Positions 1 through 9,888 of a stretch of 64,000 nucleotides of DNA are shown here, in pieces (within the stretch, counting starts at the first letter, position 1; each line of letters starts with the position of its first letter). Source of the stretch: a virus. The stretch is taken from IMG/VR virus record IMGVR_UViG_3300014137_000003. The stretch is one strand, 5' to 3'. A program made the position numbers and the translations under genes. The notes beneath the pieces were generated by a model, which saw nothing but the letters and a program-made list of their open reading frames with translations, searched no databases and was not told where the DNA came from.

Positions 1-75
1 TATTGTGATTTTGTTGCAGGCTCTGATGAAGGCGAAGGAACTGGCGTAGAATCTGTCGAAGAGACTAAAGAGTAG
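1..75 (+). CDS. 3' end of an upstream CDS (acidic C-terminus)
   Basis: Frame 1 is open from the window edge to TAG 73-75 (..GSDEGEGTGVESVEETKE*). Confidence 0.4.
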   Translation, partial: YCDFVAGSDEGEGTGVESVEETKE

Positions 76-85
76 GAGGTAGCTA

Positions 86-1120
86 ATGTCAATATTTAGT
101 CCAGAACAACACTACCGTATCGATGGTAAGGGTGGTGTTGGTATCTTTGGGGATACCCATTATTCGGCTATCTTCCAGGGAGCTCATAAGAACTATCAAG
201 AAGAAAACCTTGACTCTATGGCTCGTATGATTGAAATCGTAAAAGAAGAGAAGTTTGATGCCGTAGTCTTGTTAGGGGACTTGATTGGGGTATCTGAACG
301 GAACATTCGTGACTTACGTTTCCTTTTGGAGGTTACTGTATGGTTGCAGACTCTAAATAACCTAACTAATGGAAATGTATTTGTAGTTAGGGGTAACCAT
401 GACATTGGAGACTTCCCTCAGTTTGAGTATTTCAAGGGTGTAGGGTTGATTAAGACCCCTACAGAAGTAGACCATTATGTAGATGATGTACTTATGGTTC
501 GTTATCATTTTGTGGGGTATGGCGAGGAGAAACGTCCTCTTCGTTATGAGGGGGTAGAAGATGGTGTCCATCAAATTGTGTTTGGTCACAACGATTATTC
601 TATCTCTGGGGTAACTAACTGGTACTATTCTAAGAATGGAGTCGAGATGTCAACTCTTGGTAACTTTGAGCATGTATCTTGGGTTATCAGTGGGCATATT
701 CATCACCCTAGCCCAGATATCTATTCTCAAACAATTGGTAGCAATGAGGTATTCTTATTCTACCCAGGAGCGGTAAGTCGTGTAAGCTCTAGTGAACAAT
801 ATAATGATTGTTTCTACTTCAAGCTTTTCTATAACGAGGACGAAGGTGGCTTTGACTATGAGATTAAAAACTTCGGTCTTAAGCCTGCTAGTGAAGTTTT
901 TCTACAATCTAAGCTAGATGAAGAGAACCAAGAAGCCTTAGAAGAAGAGCTTGAGCGTAAGGAGTCTAACAAGCGTTTAACGGAAATTCTGAACGAGGCT
1001 ATGGGGTACAGGATTGTAACTGGGGATATGATGAAACAGATTGATAGTTTCCCTCACGCATCAGATGAGGCGAAGTCCTTAGCTAAGCAGTATTTACAAA
1101 ATGCAATAGATATGGTATAA
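86..1120 (+). CDS. Calcineurin-like metallophosphoesterase, SbcD/Mre11-type nuclease
   Basis: AGGAGG RBS upstream. Ordered phosphoesterase motifs GDTH / LLGDL / RGNHD / GHND / GHIHH, then a charged coiled-coil C-terminus. Confidence 0.7.
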   Translation: MSIFSPEQHYRIDGKGGVGIFGDTHYSAIFQGAHKNYQEENLDSMARMIEIVKEEKFDAVVLLGDLIGVSERNIRDLRFLLEVTVWLQTLNNLTNGNVFVVRGNHDIGDFPQFEYFKGVGLIKTPTEVDHYVDDVLMVRYHFVGYGEEKRPLRYEGVEDGVHQIVFGHNDYSISGVTNWYYSKNGVEMSTLGNFEHVSWVISGHIHHPSPDIYSQTIGSNEVFLFYPGAVSRVSSSEQYNDCFYFKLFYNEDEGGFDYEIKNFGLKPASEVFLQSKLDEENQEALEEELERKESNKRLTEILNEAMGYRIVTGDMMKQIDSFPHASDEAKSLAKQYLQNAIDMV

Positions 1121-1121
1121 T
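1113..1121 (+). promoter_or_regulatory. Extended -10 element TGgTATAAT
   Basis: Sits at the end of the SbcD-like gene, ~50 nt before the next start, and is followed by AGTAT. Confidence 0.4.
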
Positions 1122-1170
1122 AGTATATAGAAATTGTTTGTGGGTATCCACTAGAAGAAGGAGAAGAGAT

Positions 1171-1944
1171 TTGACAGATTTAGTACAACGCATTAAGGCA
1201 GTCAATGCTGAAAGTGAAAAAGTAAATAAAAGTTCCGTAGAAGCTCAAGCTAAACGTAAGTTGCTTCTACAACAGATTTCCGAAAAGGTATCTGCCTTTG
1301 AGGAAATGTATGGTATTAGTTTTCCGAGTATTAACAACTTAGAGGAGTTTGGTGCTTTTCTAAAGGATTTGCTCGATACACAGGAATCTAAATTGCAAGA
1401 ACAAGTTGAACGAGCTGAAAAGGTTATTGGGTTGATTAACTCAGGTAATATCGAAGAGGCTCAACAACTCTTGGGGTATAAACCTAAAGAAGTTCACCCT
1501 CTAAATAATGAGAAAGTTGCAGAGGATGTAGTAGAAGAAGTTAAGGAGGTTGCGAAAGAGGTACTCGAAGAAGACCTCCCTACTGAAGAAGTTCCAACAA
1601 CCCCTCAAGAAGTTGAAGTCCTCGAAGACCTTGACGGTGGTACTGACGAAGAGGAAGTTCGAGAGGTAGTAAAACCTACTAAACGTCCTCGTAAGCGTTC
1701 GGTTGCTACTACAAACTTCGATATGAACGAAGGTGGGGTATCTTTGGATGACCTTGATAGTGTTGCAGGTGAAGAGGCTAATGACTTTGCCACTGACTCT
1801 ATTGTAGAAGAGGAAGTCACAGAAGTTAAACGTCCTATTCGTCGTCGACGTCCACGAATCGTTAATTCAGACGAAGAAACTAGCACAATTTCTACAAGTA
1901 CTGCACCTATTAAAACTGGTGGTGAATTTAACTTTGGGGATTAA
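1171..1944 (+). CDS. Hypothetical acidic coiled-coil protein
   Basis: ORF is open from 1138. Best start is TTG 1171, 8 nt after GAAGGAG. Very acidic with RRRRPR/KRPRKR basic patches; no domain recognised. Confidence 0.55.
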   Translation: MTDLVQRIKAVNAESEKVNKSSVEAQAKRKLLLQQISEKVSAFEEMYGISFPSINNLEEFGAFLKDLLDTQESKLQEQVERAEKVIGLINSGNIEEAQQLLGYKPKEVHPLNNEKVAEDVVEEVKEVAKEVLEEDLPTEEVPTTPQEVEVLEDLDGGTDEEEVREVVKPTKRPRKRSVATTNFDMNEGGVSLDDLDSVAGEEANDFATDSIVEEEVTEVKRPIRRRRPRIVNSDEETSTISTSTAPIKTGGEFNFGD

Positions 1945-1959
1945 GGGGGTATAGTATAA

Positions 1960-3102
1960 ATGGCACATTTTTTCCTAGATTACGATAATTTGGTTTATTT
2001 GTTGGACAATGCAACGTCTGTAACTTCTGACTCAGCCCTTAAGGATGCTGATAAGACTGTCTTCTTCCTTATTAAGGATGAGGGTGAAAGTATTGCAGTA
2101 GCTAAAAACTCCGACTTGTTCATTCGTGTTAAGTTTATTCCAGAGCTTGTAAAAGAGGCTGGAAATGTTCAGGTAAACTCATCAGAACTTAGCAAAATCT
2201 TGGGTACTTTCTCTAACTTGAGTAGGACTCGTGTTGAATCTATCGAGTTCAAAGTTCATAAATCTAAGGTACAGGTAATTGTTCATGAGTCTGCTCTTGA
2301 TGAAGATTACCAAGACTTTGCAGGGGATACCTCTTATAGTCTTGATAGTATCAACATTAAGGAGAAGACTCTCCAAGACATTAGCGTTGAGTTTGACGAT
2401 GAAAATGCAGTAGACGTTGACTCAATGGAATTGGATATTGTCCTTTCCACTTTGCTACCTATCATGGATAGCAAGAAAGGTCTTAACAACAACCAAATTC
2501 ACTTTGCTAGCGATCAAATCTTTGTAATGGATAACCGTTCTCAAATCTTCTATAAGAATATCCTACCTGAAGTATTCAGTAATTCATCATTCCGTTACAC
2601 TTCTGTAGCTTATATGCGTAAGCTTATTCAAACGTCTAACCACTTGCGTGTAGTAATTAGTGGTAACAAGTTTGCTATCCGTTCTGAGAGTGGTGAGGTT
2701 GAAGCGTATATCAACCAACTAGGGGTACGTTTCAACTATAAACCAACGCTTGAGAAAATCACCAAAGAAAATGGTATCATTTTGGACCGTGCGTTCCTTA
2801 AGGATATTATCCGACGCCTTTCAATTATGGGTAGTGACCCTAAAGTCTCTATTCAAGAAGACGGTGTTCATATCACTACAGAAAGTTTCTCTCGTGTAAT
2901 TCCTATTAGTAATTCTAAAGGTAATGTGGAAGGTATGGAGTTTAAGGTTAACTCTTCATTGCTTGCATCTATGATTATTGGAGATGACTCAGTAATGAGT
3001 AATAACTTGTTCCTTTATCTCGAACCTGTGAAACCTCGTGGTATTCAGTTAACTATCTCGGACGATAGTGGAGCGTTCTTGTCTAATACTAAGGTATCTT
3101 AA
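1960..3102 (+). CDS. Hypothetical protein; weak sliding-clamp (DnaN-like) resemblance
   Basis: 380 aa, the size of a beta clamp. N-terminal pattern of alternating strands loosely resembles DnaN. No strict motif, so the function is a guess. Confidence 0.5.
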   Translation: MAHFFLDYDNLVYLLDNATSVTSDSALKDADKTVFFLIKDEGESIAVAKNSDLFIRVKFIPELVKEAGNVQVNSSELSKILGTFSNLSRTRVESIEFKVHKSKVQVIVHESALDEDYQDFAGDTSYSLDSINIKEKTLQDISVEFDDENAVDVDSMELDIVLSTLLPIMDSKKGLNNNQIHFASDQIFVMDNRSQIFYKNILPEVFSNSSFRYTSVAYMRKLIQTSNHLRVVISGNKFAIRSESGEVEAYINQLGVRFNYKPTLEKITKENGIILDRAFLKDIIRRLSIMGSDPKVSIQEDGVHITTESFSRVIPISNSKGNVEGMEFKVNSSLLASMIIGDDSVMSNNLFLYLEPVKPRGIQLTISDDSGAFLSNTKVS

Positions 3103-3131
3103 CTATCTGATTTAGTAGAAAGGAAATCTTA

Positions 3132-3824
3132 ATGGGGGTATATGCAACAACCATCACTTCGCTAAAGCGTGACTTAGTCGAAAAGGGGCGATTAGAGTCT
3201 CGTTTAGAGAAGCGACGTGAAGAAATTAAAGAGCAAAAACAAGAGTATGAGGACTTGGTGGCAGCTTCTAAGCTTATCTCAGCAGTAGCTGACAAACAGT
3301 CTTTGGATACTCTCGACTATATTACTGGTGTTATCAATAAAACTCTAGGAGAGTTGTTTAAGTCTGACACTCGACGTATCTTCTTGAAGAAACAGATGCA
3401 CGCAGGTCGATACGCTCACCTTAAGGTTCTACTTACAGATGCTGATGGTACTGAGTATGACATGATGTTGCAGTCTGGTACAGGTTTGCGACAAGTTATT
3501 TCATTCTTGTTCTGTATCTGCTTAATTCAAATTTCAGGTGGTCGTAAGCTATTCATTCAGGACGAGCTCTTAGGGGGTACTCACGGAGCAGCGAAAGAAG
3601 TGCTTAAGCAAATCATTAAAATCTTCGCTCAAGACTTCCAGTTTATCATGATTGAGTACGGCTTTGATGACCTAGGTAAAATCTATAGCGTAGAGAAACC
3701 TAATAAGTATGCTAATGTTTATGACCTTAGTGGTAAGGAATACGACCCGAAAGCAGTATTCTTGTTTACGGATGGTATAAGTTCTGCTGAAGGCAATATT
3801 GATTTAGCTGAAGTAGAAGAATAG
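3132..3824 (+). CDS. SMC/Rad50/SbcC-like ATPase C-terminal lobe (no Walker A)
   Basis: N-terminal coiled coil, then a signature-like QSGTG, Walker B LFIQDE and GGTH. No P-loop anywhere in the ORF. Confidence 0.4.
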   Translation: MGVYATTITSLKRDLVEKGRLESRLEKRREEIKEQKQEYEDLVAASKLISAVADKQSLDTLDYITGVINKTLGELFKSDTRRIFLKKQMHAGRYAHLKVLLTDADGTEYDMMLQSGTGLRQVISFLFCICLIQISGGRKLFIQDELLGGTHGAAKEVLKQIIKIFAQDFQFIMIEYGFDDLGKIYSVEKPNKYANVYDLSGKEYDPKAVFLFTDGISSAEGNIDLAEVEE

Positions 3825-3834
3825 GTTGAAAATT

Positions 3835-3856
3835 GGCTCCATTAGGAGTCTTTTTC
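3835..3856 (+). terminator. Rho-independent terminator
   Basis: GGCTCC-ATTA-GGAGTC stem-loop and T5. Confidence 0.6.
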
Positions 3857-3933
3857 TTTGTAAGGGGTAGATTCGAATATTGTATTTTCTGTAGAGTTTA
3901 TATATTATTTCCCGTAAGGAGGGTACTAATTTT

Positions 3934-5466
3934 ATGTCTTATGTTTATGATAAAGTAGTTACTTCATTAGGTGGCAAACCCTTAGTAAGTAGTACCAAAG
4001 AAGGTATAACTGTAAAGGGTTGGTCGCCTAATATGTTTAAGAGGGTAGCCATCTTGACGGATGGTATTGTAGTAGAGTATCATGGTAGTGTCTCTCGTAG
4101 TCGTGTTATACCTTTTAATATAGAAGATGTTAGTAAGGATTTAGCCCAAGGAGCTAAGTATAAGAACCCACTTCGTCCTCTTTTTGAGTTCAAGGCTTTG
4201 TCTTGTTTGGAAGAGTTATTAGTTTCTAGCTCTTTAGTAACTGATAAGATGGTAAATAACTTTATTTCCACTATCTCTGATACGCACAGGCTTAGGCGAG
4301 TAGGGGTACTCCCTATGGAAGTTAAGACTTCCGACATTTCTTCTCTTATTGAAAAGTGTAATGCTCAGGAAGGTGGCAAACATTTACTTCTTTCTGATTT
4401 TATAAATGGTAGCACTAAGATTTCAACTCACAATGAAGACTACTACACAAAATACTATCTACGTCCTACATTGTATGAGTTAGATAAGCCAGGTGGTAGT
4501 TTACGGAAGTATTTTGATAATGTAAAAGCTGAAGTCCTTTCTAAAAGAACTGAAAGCAACAAAGTTTCTCTAGTAAATTCTTACATTGAATACGATAAAA
4601 AGAATATTCGCTTTTGGAATAGTGTTGTTGATTTCTTAAACAATAAAGAAAATCCTACAAAGTATCCTAAGCTTTATACAACTTTGAAGGCTCATTCTGT
4701 TGCAAATAGTGGTTGTTATCTTGAGGGGCTTAAGGACTACTTTAGCTCACGTGGTACTAGCGACCCAATCTATAAGGTCTATAAAATCTTGGGGTATCTA
4801 GACACTAAGGGTTCTAGTAAACCTAACTCTGAGGCTAAAGGTTTCTTAAGAAAGATGGAATCTGTTGCAAATAATTCTTACACTTCTGTCTTAGAAGTAA
4901 TTAAGAAAGACAGCAATGGTTTATTAGGCAATCTTAAGTTACCTAAAGACTCTAGTCGCACTTACATAGTGATGTCAGTACTTGAGATTTTGAATTCCGA
5001 AACTGTCGGTACTGACAACAAAAAGGTCAAATCAGAATTCCGAGACTCTGAAGTAGAAGATGATGCAACTAAAGTTGCTAACGAAGAGTTGAAAGCTAGT
5101 ATCAAGAATTCTTTACCCGAGAGCCTAATGGTAGGGTTGTTTGACTTATGGGAGTCTCTACAAGATAGTTATAAGGAAACAGCAGGTATGCTCTTAACGG
5201 CAAAAGAAAGAGATTTCGATAAGAGGTTCTCTGAAAAGTCTTTGAGTGAGTTAGGTTTGCAACGTCATGCTGAAACCCTATCTCTATTGGGGTATTGTGG
5301 GGGTAGTGATTCCCTAGAAGGCTTGGTTGACTTATCGTTTACCGATGCTTTAAGCAGTCTCTGTCATATGGTAACGAGGGGTAGCTTAGCTGAGTTGCGT
5401 GCTGAGCCTTGGAAGAATCTTTCAGACACTGACAAATGTAGTTATATTATTGGGAGGATTAACTAG
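3934..5466 (+). CDS. Hypothetical protein
   Basis: 510-aa ORF with AAGGAGG RBS. Its stop overlaps the GTG start of the next gene (translational coupling). Confidence 0.75.
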   Translation: MSYVYDKVVTSLGGKPLVSSTKEGITVKGWSPNMFKRVAILTDGIVVEYHGSVSRSRVIPFNIEDVSKDLAQGAKYKNPLRPLFEFKALSCLEELLVSSSLVTDKMVNNFISTISDTHRLRRVGVLPMEVKTSDISSLIEKCNAQEGGKHLLLSDFINGSTKISTHNEDYYTKYYLRPTLYELDKPGGSLRKYFDNVKAEVLSKRTESNKVSLVNSYIEYDKKNIRFWNSVVDFLNNKENPTKYPKLYTTLKAHSVANSGCYLEGLKDYFSSRGTSDPIYKVYKILGYLDTKGSSKPNSEAKGFLRKMESVANNSYTSVLEVIKKDSNGLLGNLKLPKDSSRTYIVMSVLEILNSETVGTDNKKVKSEFRDSEVEDDATKVANEELKASIKNSLPESLMVGLFDLWESLQDSYKETAGMLLTAKERDFDKRFSEKSLSELGLQRHAETLSLLGYCGGSDSLEGLVDLSFTDALSSLCHMVTRGSLAELRAEPWKNLSDTDKCSYIIGRIN

Positions 5467-8400
5467 TGGCATATATTAAAGAAGTCCTTAGTGGCATTAA
5501 ACAATTAAATTCGCCTAACGAGGTCAAATCTATCGTAGTAGGTAAGGATTTTGTTTATCTACGAAAACACAAAGACGATGACCCTCAACCCAGTTTATTT
5601 ATACCGTTTGACCCTAGTTTGGTAGGTAGTGACGACCCTTTATTCTTCATGGACGAGAGGACCTATGGTACTGCCGAGGAGCTCTTTGTTTATGAGGGGT
5701 ATTCGCATTCTCCGATTATTGAGAGCTATATGCATAAGGCTACTGAAGAAAGGGCACGTCTATCTACTTTAATTATTGGTAGTAAAGAAGAGATTGATAC
5801 TTGTGCTAGTGGGGTAGATGCAGGGGCTAGTATAGAGGACTTAGGTTATTCTTATGCTAGATCGATTGTAGATTTCTCTCATATCTATCCTTTACAGCCC
5901 GAGCATTACTCTTGGGATGCCGTTGAGGGTCTTGAGTACTTTAGGGGAGTAGAGGAGCTTGTCGCCAACACGTATGGTACTGCTGAGGGTGAAGATGATT
6001 CTAGGGGTACTGAGGAAGTATCCGACGAGGACTTGGACGGTGTTGGGGGTACTAAAGAGCTAGATTCGGAAGAAGTAGAAGAAAGTACCCCTACAGCTGA
6101 TGATTATACCATCCAAGATGCCGTTGAGTACTATGCACCGCATATTGATACGGTAGTTTCTGATATTGTTTCTAACTACACAAAACTATTTAAAGCGGGG
6201 TATCAACTTAAGAGACCTGTTGGTGTTCTTGGTGAGCAGGGTGACTCGGGTAAACTTATGACTTTGAGTGGTAGTTCACAGACCTTTACGAAACCTAACC
6301 CAGTTATTCGTGCTTTATATCAGCTTACGGTTGCTGAATATAATTTGACGATACTTCCTTATCGTTCGGTTGACCATATCGCATCTATCATCGTAAACGG
6401 GGTAACTCCTGATGGGGCAACTATTTCTCCAGATACTCGATTGTACTTCCCTTATAAGATGCTAGAGTTTGCTTACGGTAGGAAGACACCTAAAGCAACT
6501 GAGGGTGGTAAAACTAACTATCCTAAGCACTCTGAAAAGTTGAACTGGGACGCTTATGCTAGTGAGGTAGACGAGAACTTACGTCAGGTTACTAGGGGTA
6601 TCGTTGCTAAAATTTTAGGAAACTTTGAAGACGTAGATTATTTTGATGCTAAGGTTGAGTCTAGTATTACTGAATCCTTAACTCGCTTTAAGGATGTGTT
6701 TACTACTTGTATTCTTGTAGGCGAGTTTCCTCTTATCAAAGGTTTACCATCCTTGTTAAAAGTTAGAACTCTTTTACCTTTTGAATTACATAATAATCAT
6801 AACGTAGCAACCGAGGCTATGAGGGTAGGTATTTCTTCTTTGGGAACCGATCCGTTTGAGGGTATTCCTATTCATGATGGGGTATATCACATGTACACCC
6901 ATGAGTATAATCACTCTTTAGCTAACAGTAAGCCAATGTATGCCTATCATGCAGCTAAATCTCTTAAAGAGTCAGGACACGAAGTAAATTATAAGAATAT
7001 GATTATCGGTCTTGGCTTGGATGATTCTATCTTGCAGAATGGTAGTGGTAATGTTAACCTCGTACCTAATATGAGCCACTTCTTAGTAGCAGGCTCTAGG
7101 GCAGGTAAGGGTGTTGACAGTATGGCAAAACTAGCAGCAGCACTTAAGTCAGGTAAACCTGTCTTTTACTTAGATAATAAGCCCGATATTGGTGCAGTTC
7201 TGTTAGATATTGAACCTAATGCCTTTGTTGTAAATGGTCAGTTGGTTACATCATCTGTCGATGGTGGTACTAATATTGGTGGTCACTTTATGGGTAGCTC
7301 AGCATTAGCTAATGTTAACCCTCAAGGTGTTCCGTCTTACTTATACAATTCTAGTGATGCCCTATTTAGGGGTAGGTCTTACAGTCAGTTGGGGGCAGTG
7401 TTCTACGCAAGAGCTTTGCAGTTGATTATGCTTATTACTTACTTTAGGACTCTAGACGATATTTCAGCTAAGATAGACTTAGGTGATAAGTCTAATGGTA
7501 TCGTTGCTTTCTTCGATGAGTTTAACGTAACACAGGATTCAGGTCTTGGACCTTTAATGCAAAAGATTTACTTCAACTATGCTAGAACAGATTATGCTGA
7601 GGCTGAGCGTAACGCCCAAGAGACTGGTAAGAAAAACTCTGTAAGGAAACCTAGTCAAAATGCCTATTGGGGTACTGCCTTTACTGAGTCCTTAAAGAAT
7701 ACGGCTATGATGTTAGCTGATGGTACTAAAGCAGGTTACATGAACGGGGAAGCAGCAGCGTCTGATATTTTTATTGTAGGTCAGGACTTACCAGATGTTA
7801 TTGAGTCTGCAGAAGATTTCGATGACTTCTTCCCAACTCACCGTGGTAAGAACACAGAACGTGCACAGTTTGCTAGTGGTAAAGGTAGTGGTAAGACTCA
7901 ACCTCTCGTTCCTTTAGTATCACCAGGTGGAGCTGATATCTTTGTGGGGTATAACCTTAAGCACTCAAATTACTTGAATCAGTCTCGTGGTTTCGCAAAA
8001 GACAAACTAGACAAAGATGCTCGTTTATTTGCTTATATTCCTACTTATAATAGGGGTACTAAGAAACAAATTGAAAGTGGTAACGAAGAGTTCGCTAGAA
8101 ATGTTCCTACTTATTATAAACCTCTCTTACTTTTAGCTGATGCTGATATGGATAAGTATTTTGTTAAGAATGCTATGTCCTATGCTATTGAGTCGGGTAT
8201 TGACGCTGAGTCTATTATCTTAGACAATGCTCAAGAGGATGAACAAGGTAACCCAATAAAATTTGAAAAACGTCAGTTTAGCGATAATAAGGGGCATAAG
8301 TATACAACAGAATATAGAATTCACCCAGCAGTAGGTTTTAAAGATTATTTAAATTATATTGGTATGGATGATTCTAGTATCTCTAGTTCCTTAAAAGCAG

Positions 8401-9812
8401 CAAGTAATATGGCTCAGCGTGTTGTATCTGCTCTAGGTTATGAGGGTACTTGGAGGGACTTCGTACAGGATTTGCGTCCAGAGTATATGCTCCATGCAAA
8501 TAATGTATTAGAATCCCTTAGAACTGGTAAACGTTTATCGGATTTGAATGCTAAAACATTCTCGGAGTTTAGGGAGGGGTATCCAGAAGCCTTCACAGTT
8601 TCCGATATTTCTCGATTAGGAGAGGAGACTGGTGAGTCTGATGTATCCTATGAAGATATTGACTTTGCAAGTTTAGGTAAAGCAGTCTATGCTAATTCTG
8701 AAAATGCATCAGCGGATGAAGTAGAGGAAATCTTCAAACAAGATGGCTTATTGGATGACATTGACCTAGGTAATGAGCATGATATTTATGATAATGCTCA
8801 AAGTGTTCAGTTCTCTCAAGAGGATCGCCTTAAGGATTTAACCATTTCGGATATTCAAAACCTTACTCCTAACGAGCAAAAAGCTATCTATGATATGCTT
8901 ATTGAAGGTTTAAAGAACAAGCCCGATATTGAAAATCCTAATGACGAACAACTAGGTTATGGTAAGCTAGGGGTAGCCTATGATAACTATGGTAGAGCTT
9001 ACAAGATTGACACATCTCAAGTAGATAAGACTTCTTCGGTTTATGATGATGTTATTCTAGACGATAATATCTCTAAACTAGACGGAAGTGTACATGAGGT
9101 TTCTTATCAGGCTCTAGTTAAAACTATAACAGAAAAGGCAGTAGCAGTAGCCAAAACTGGTGGTGGTTTTAAGACTATATCTGTTCTTGGTGGTGCTTTA
9201 GTTATCAATGAGGTAATGATTGGTCTCAAAATCCCTGAGAACCTTTTAGGTGGCTTACCAAGTAATGTAGCTGATGACATTAGAAGTGGTAGACTAGCTA
9301 AGTACTTTAATTGGAGGCTATTGCGTAGAAGTGGAGTAGTTACTTTGAAGGTAGATTCCTCTAGGTTTGTCTTTACAGAAATCTCAGAGGGTATGGGGTA
9401 TTCTAAGAACTTTAATGTTCAACAGTTATTTGAAGACTTACCAAGACTTCAAAAGTTTGTAGTAGGAAGCGAAGAATACACTAGAGCACGTGTTAATTCT
9501 ATTGCAAGAAACCAGGAAGAAGACCCCTTCTACCAACCTCGTAGGGCAGAGCAAGCTTACAGACTCTCTCAAGCTTGGTTAGGTAGTAAGAGGTTGGCAT
9601 CTTGGCAACGTGCTAATGATGTTTGGAAACGTAAAGACTTGGGTACTTTCCGTAAAGTCTTAAGTACGGTAGGTAATACAACTCTTGCAGGTGCTAGTGG
9701 GGCTACGGAAGCTACTGGTTGGGCTGGACGCAAACTCTTTAGAAGCGTAGGTCGTGCAGCTAGTGAGTTTAAGTCTATGCTTGATGACTCCAAGAACTTA
9801 GGAAAGAAATAG
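5466..9812 (+). CDS. Giant (1448 aa) P-loop ATPase, FtsK/HerA-like core
   Basis: GTG start after GGGAGG. SHFLVAGSRAGKGVDSMAKLAAALKSGKPVFYLDNKPD parallels the FtsK Walker A region (hhhAGxxGxGK...hhhDpK). Walker B is IVAFFDEF. Flanking regions of ~530 aa and ~700 aa are unassigned. Confidence 0.55.
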   Translation: MAYIKEVLSGIKQLNSPNEVKSIVVGKDFVYLRKHKDDDPQPSLFIPFDPSLVGSDDPLFFMDERTYGTAEELFVYEGYSHSPIIESYMHKATEERARLSTLIIGSKEEIDTCASGVDAGASIEDLGYSYARSIVDFSHIYPLQPEHYSWDAVEGLEYFRGVEELVANTYGTAEGEDDSRGTEEVSDEDLDGVGGTKELDSEEVEESTPTADDYTIQDAVEYYAPHIDTVVSDIVSNYTKLFKAGYQLKRPVGVLGEQGDSGKLMTLSGSSQTFTKPNPVIRALYQLTVAEYNLTILPYRSVDHIASIIVNGVTPDGATISPDTRLYFPYKMLEFAYGRKTPKATEGGKTNYPKHSEKLNWDAYASEVDENLRQVTRGIVAKILGNFEDVDYFDAKVESSITESLTRFKDVFTTCILVGEFPLIKGLPSLLKVRTLLPFELHNNHNVATEAMRVGISSLGTDPFEGIPIHDGVYHMYTHEYNHSLANSKPMYAYHAAKSLKESGHEVNYKNMIIGLGLDDSILQNGSGNVNLVPNMSHFLVAGSRAGKGVDSMAKLAAALKSGKPVFYLDNKPDIGAVLLDIEPNAFVVNGQLVTSSVDGGTNIGGHFMGSSALANVNPQGVPSYLYNSSDALFRGRSYSQLGAVFYARALQLIMLITYFRTLDDISAKIDLGDKSNGIVAFFDEFNVTQDSGLGPLMQKIYFNYARTDYAEAERNAQETGKKNSVRKPSQNAYWGTAFTESLKNTAMMLADGTKAGYMNGEAAASDIFIVGQDLPDVIESAEDFDDFFPTHRGKNTERAQFASGKGSGKTQPLVPLVSPGGADIFVGYNLKHSNYLNQSRGFAKDKLDKDARLFAYIPTYNRGTKKQIESGNEEFARNVPTYYKPLLLLADADMDKYFVKNAMSYAIESGIDAESIILDNAQEDEQGNPIKFEKRQFSDNKGHKYTTEYRIHPAVGFKDYLNYIGMDDSSISSSLKAASNMAQRVVSALGYEGTWRDFVQDLRPEYMLHANNVLESLRTGKRLSDLNAKTFSEFREGYPEAFTVSDISRLGEETGESDVSYEDIDFASLGKAVYANSENASADEVEEIFKQDGLLDDIDLGNEHDIYDNAQSVQFSQEDRLKDLTISDIQNLTPNEQKAIYDMLIEGLKNKPDIENPNDEQLGYGKLGVAYDNYGRAYKIDTSQVDKTSSVYDDVILDDNISKLDGSVHEVSYQALVKTITEKAVAVAKTGGGFKTISVLGGALVINEVMIGLKIPENLLGGLPSNVADDIRSGRLAKYFNWRLLRRSGVVTLKVDSSRFVFTEISEGMGYSKNFNVQQLFEDLPRLQKFVVGSEEYTRARVNSIARNQEEDPFYQPRRAEQAYRLSQAWLGSKRLASWQRANDVWKRKDLGTFRKVLSTVGNTTLAGASGATEATGWAGRKLFRSVGRAASEFKSMLDDSKNLGKK

Positions 9813-9821
9813 GTAAACAGT

Positions 9822-9866
9822 TTGCTTATTTCTTAAGTTTTGGGTAAAATAGTATTATAAAAATTA
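9822..9866 (+). promoter_or_regulatory. Sigma-A-like promoter (TTGCTT-17-TAAAAT) plus conserved downstream block
   Basis: -35 at 9822-27, -10 at 9845-50. The 22 nt TAAAATAGTATTATAAAAATTA are identical to 46615-46636. Confidence 0.6.
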
Positions 9867-9888
9867 GTTAGAAAGTTGGTATTTCGAG

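Noticed and set aside
1960-3102. Firm annotation as DnaN sliding clamp
   Set aside because: Only the size and a vague N-terminal strand pattern match. No diagnostic motif is visible by eye, so I kept it as hypothetical with a low-confidence note.
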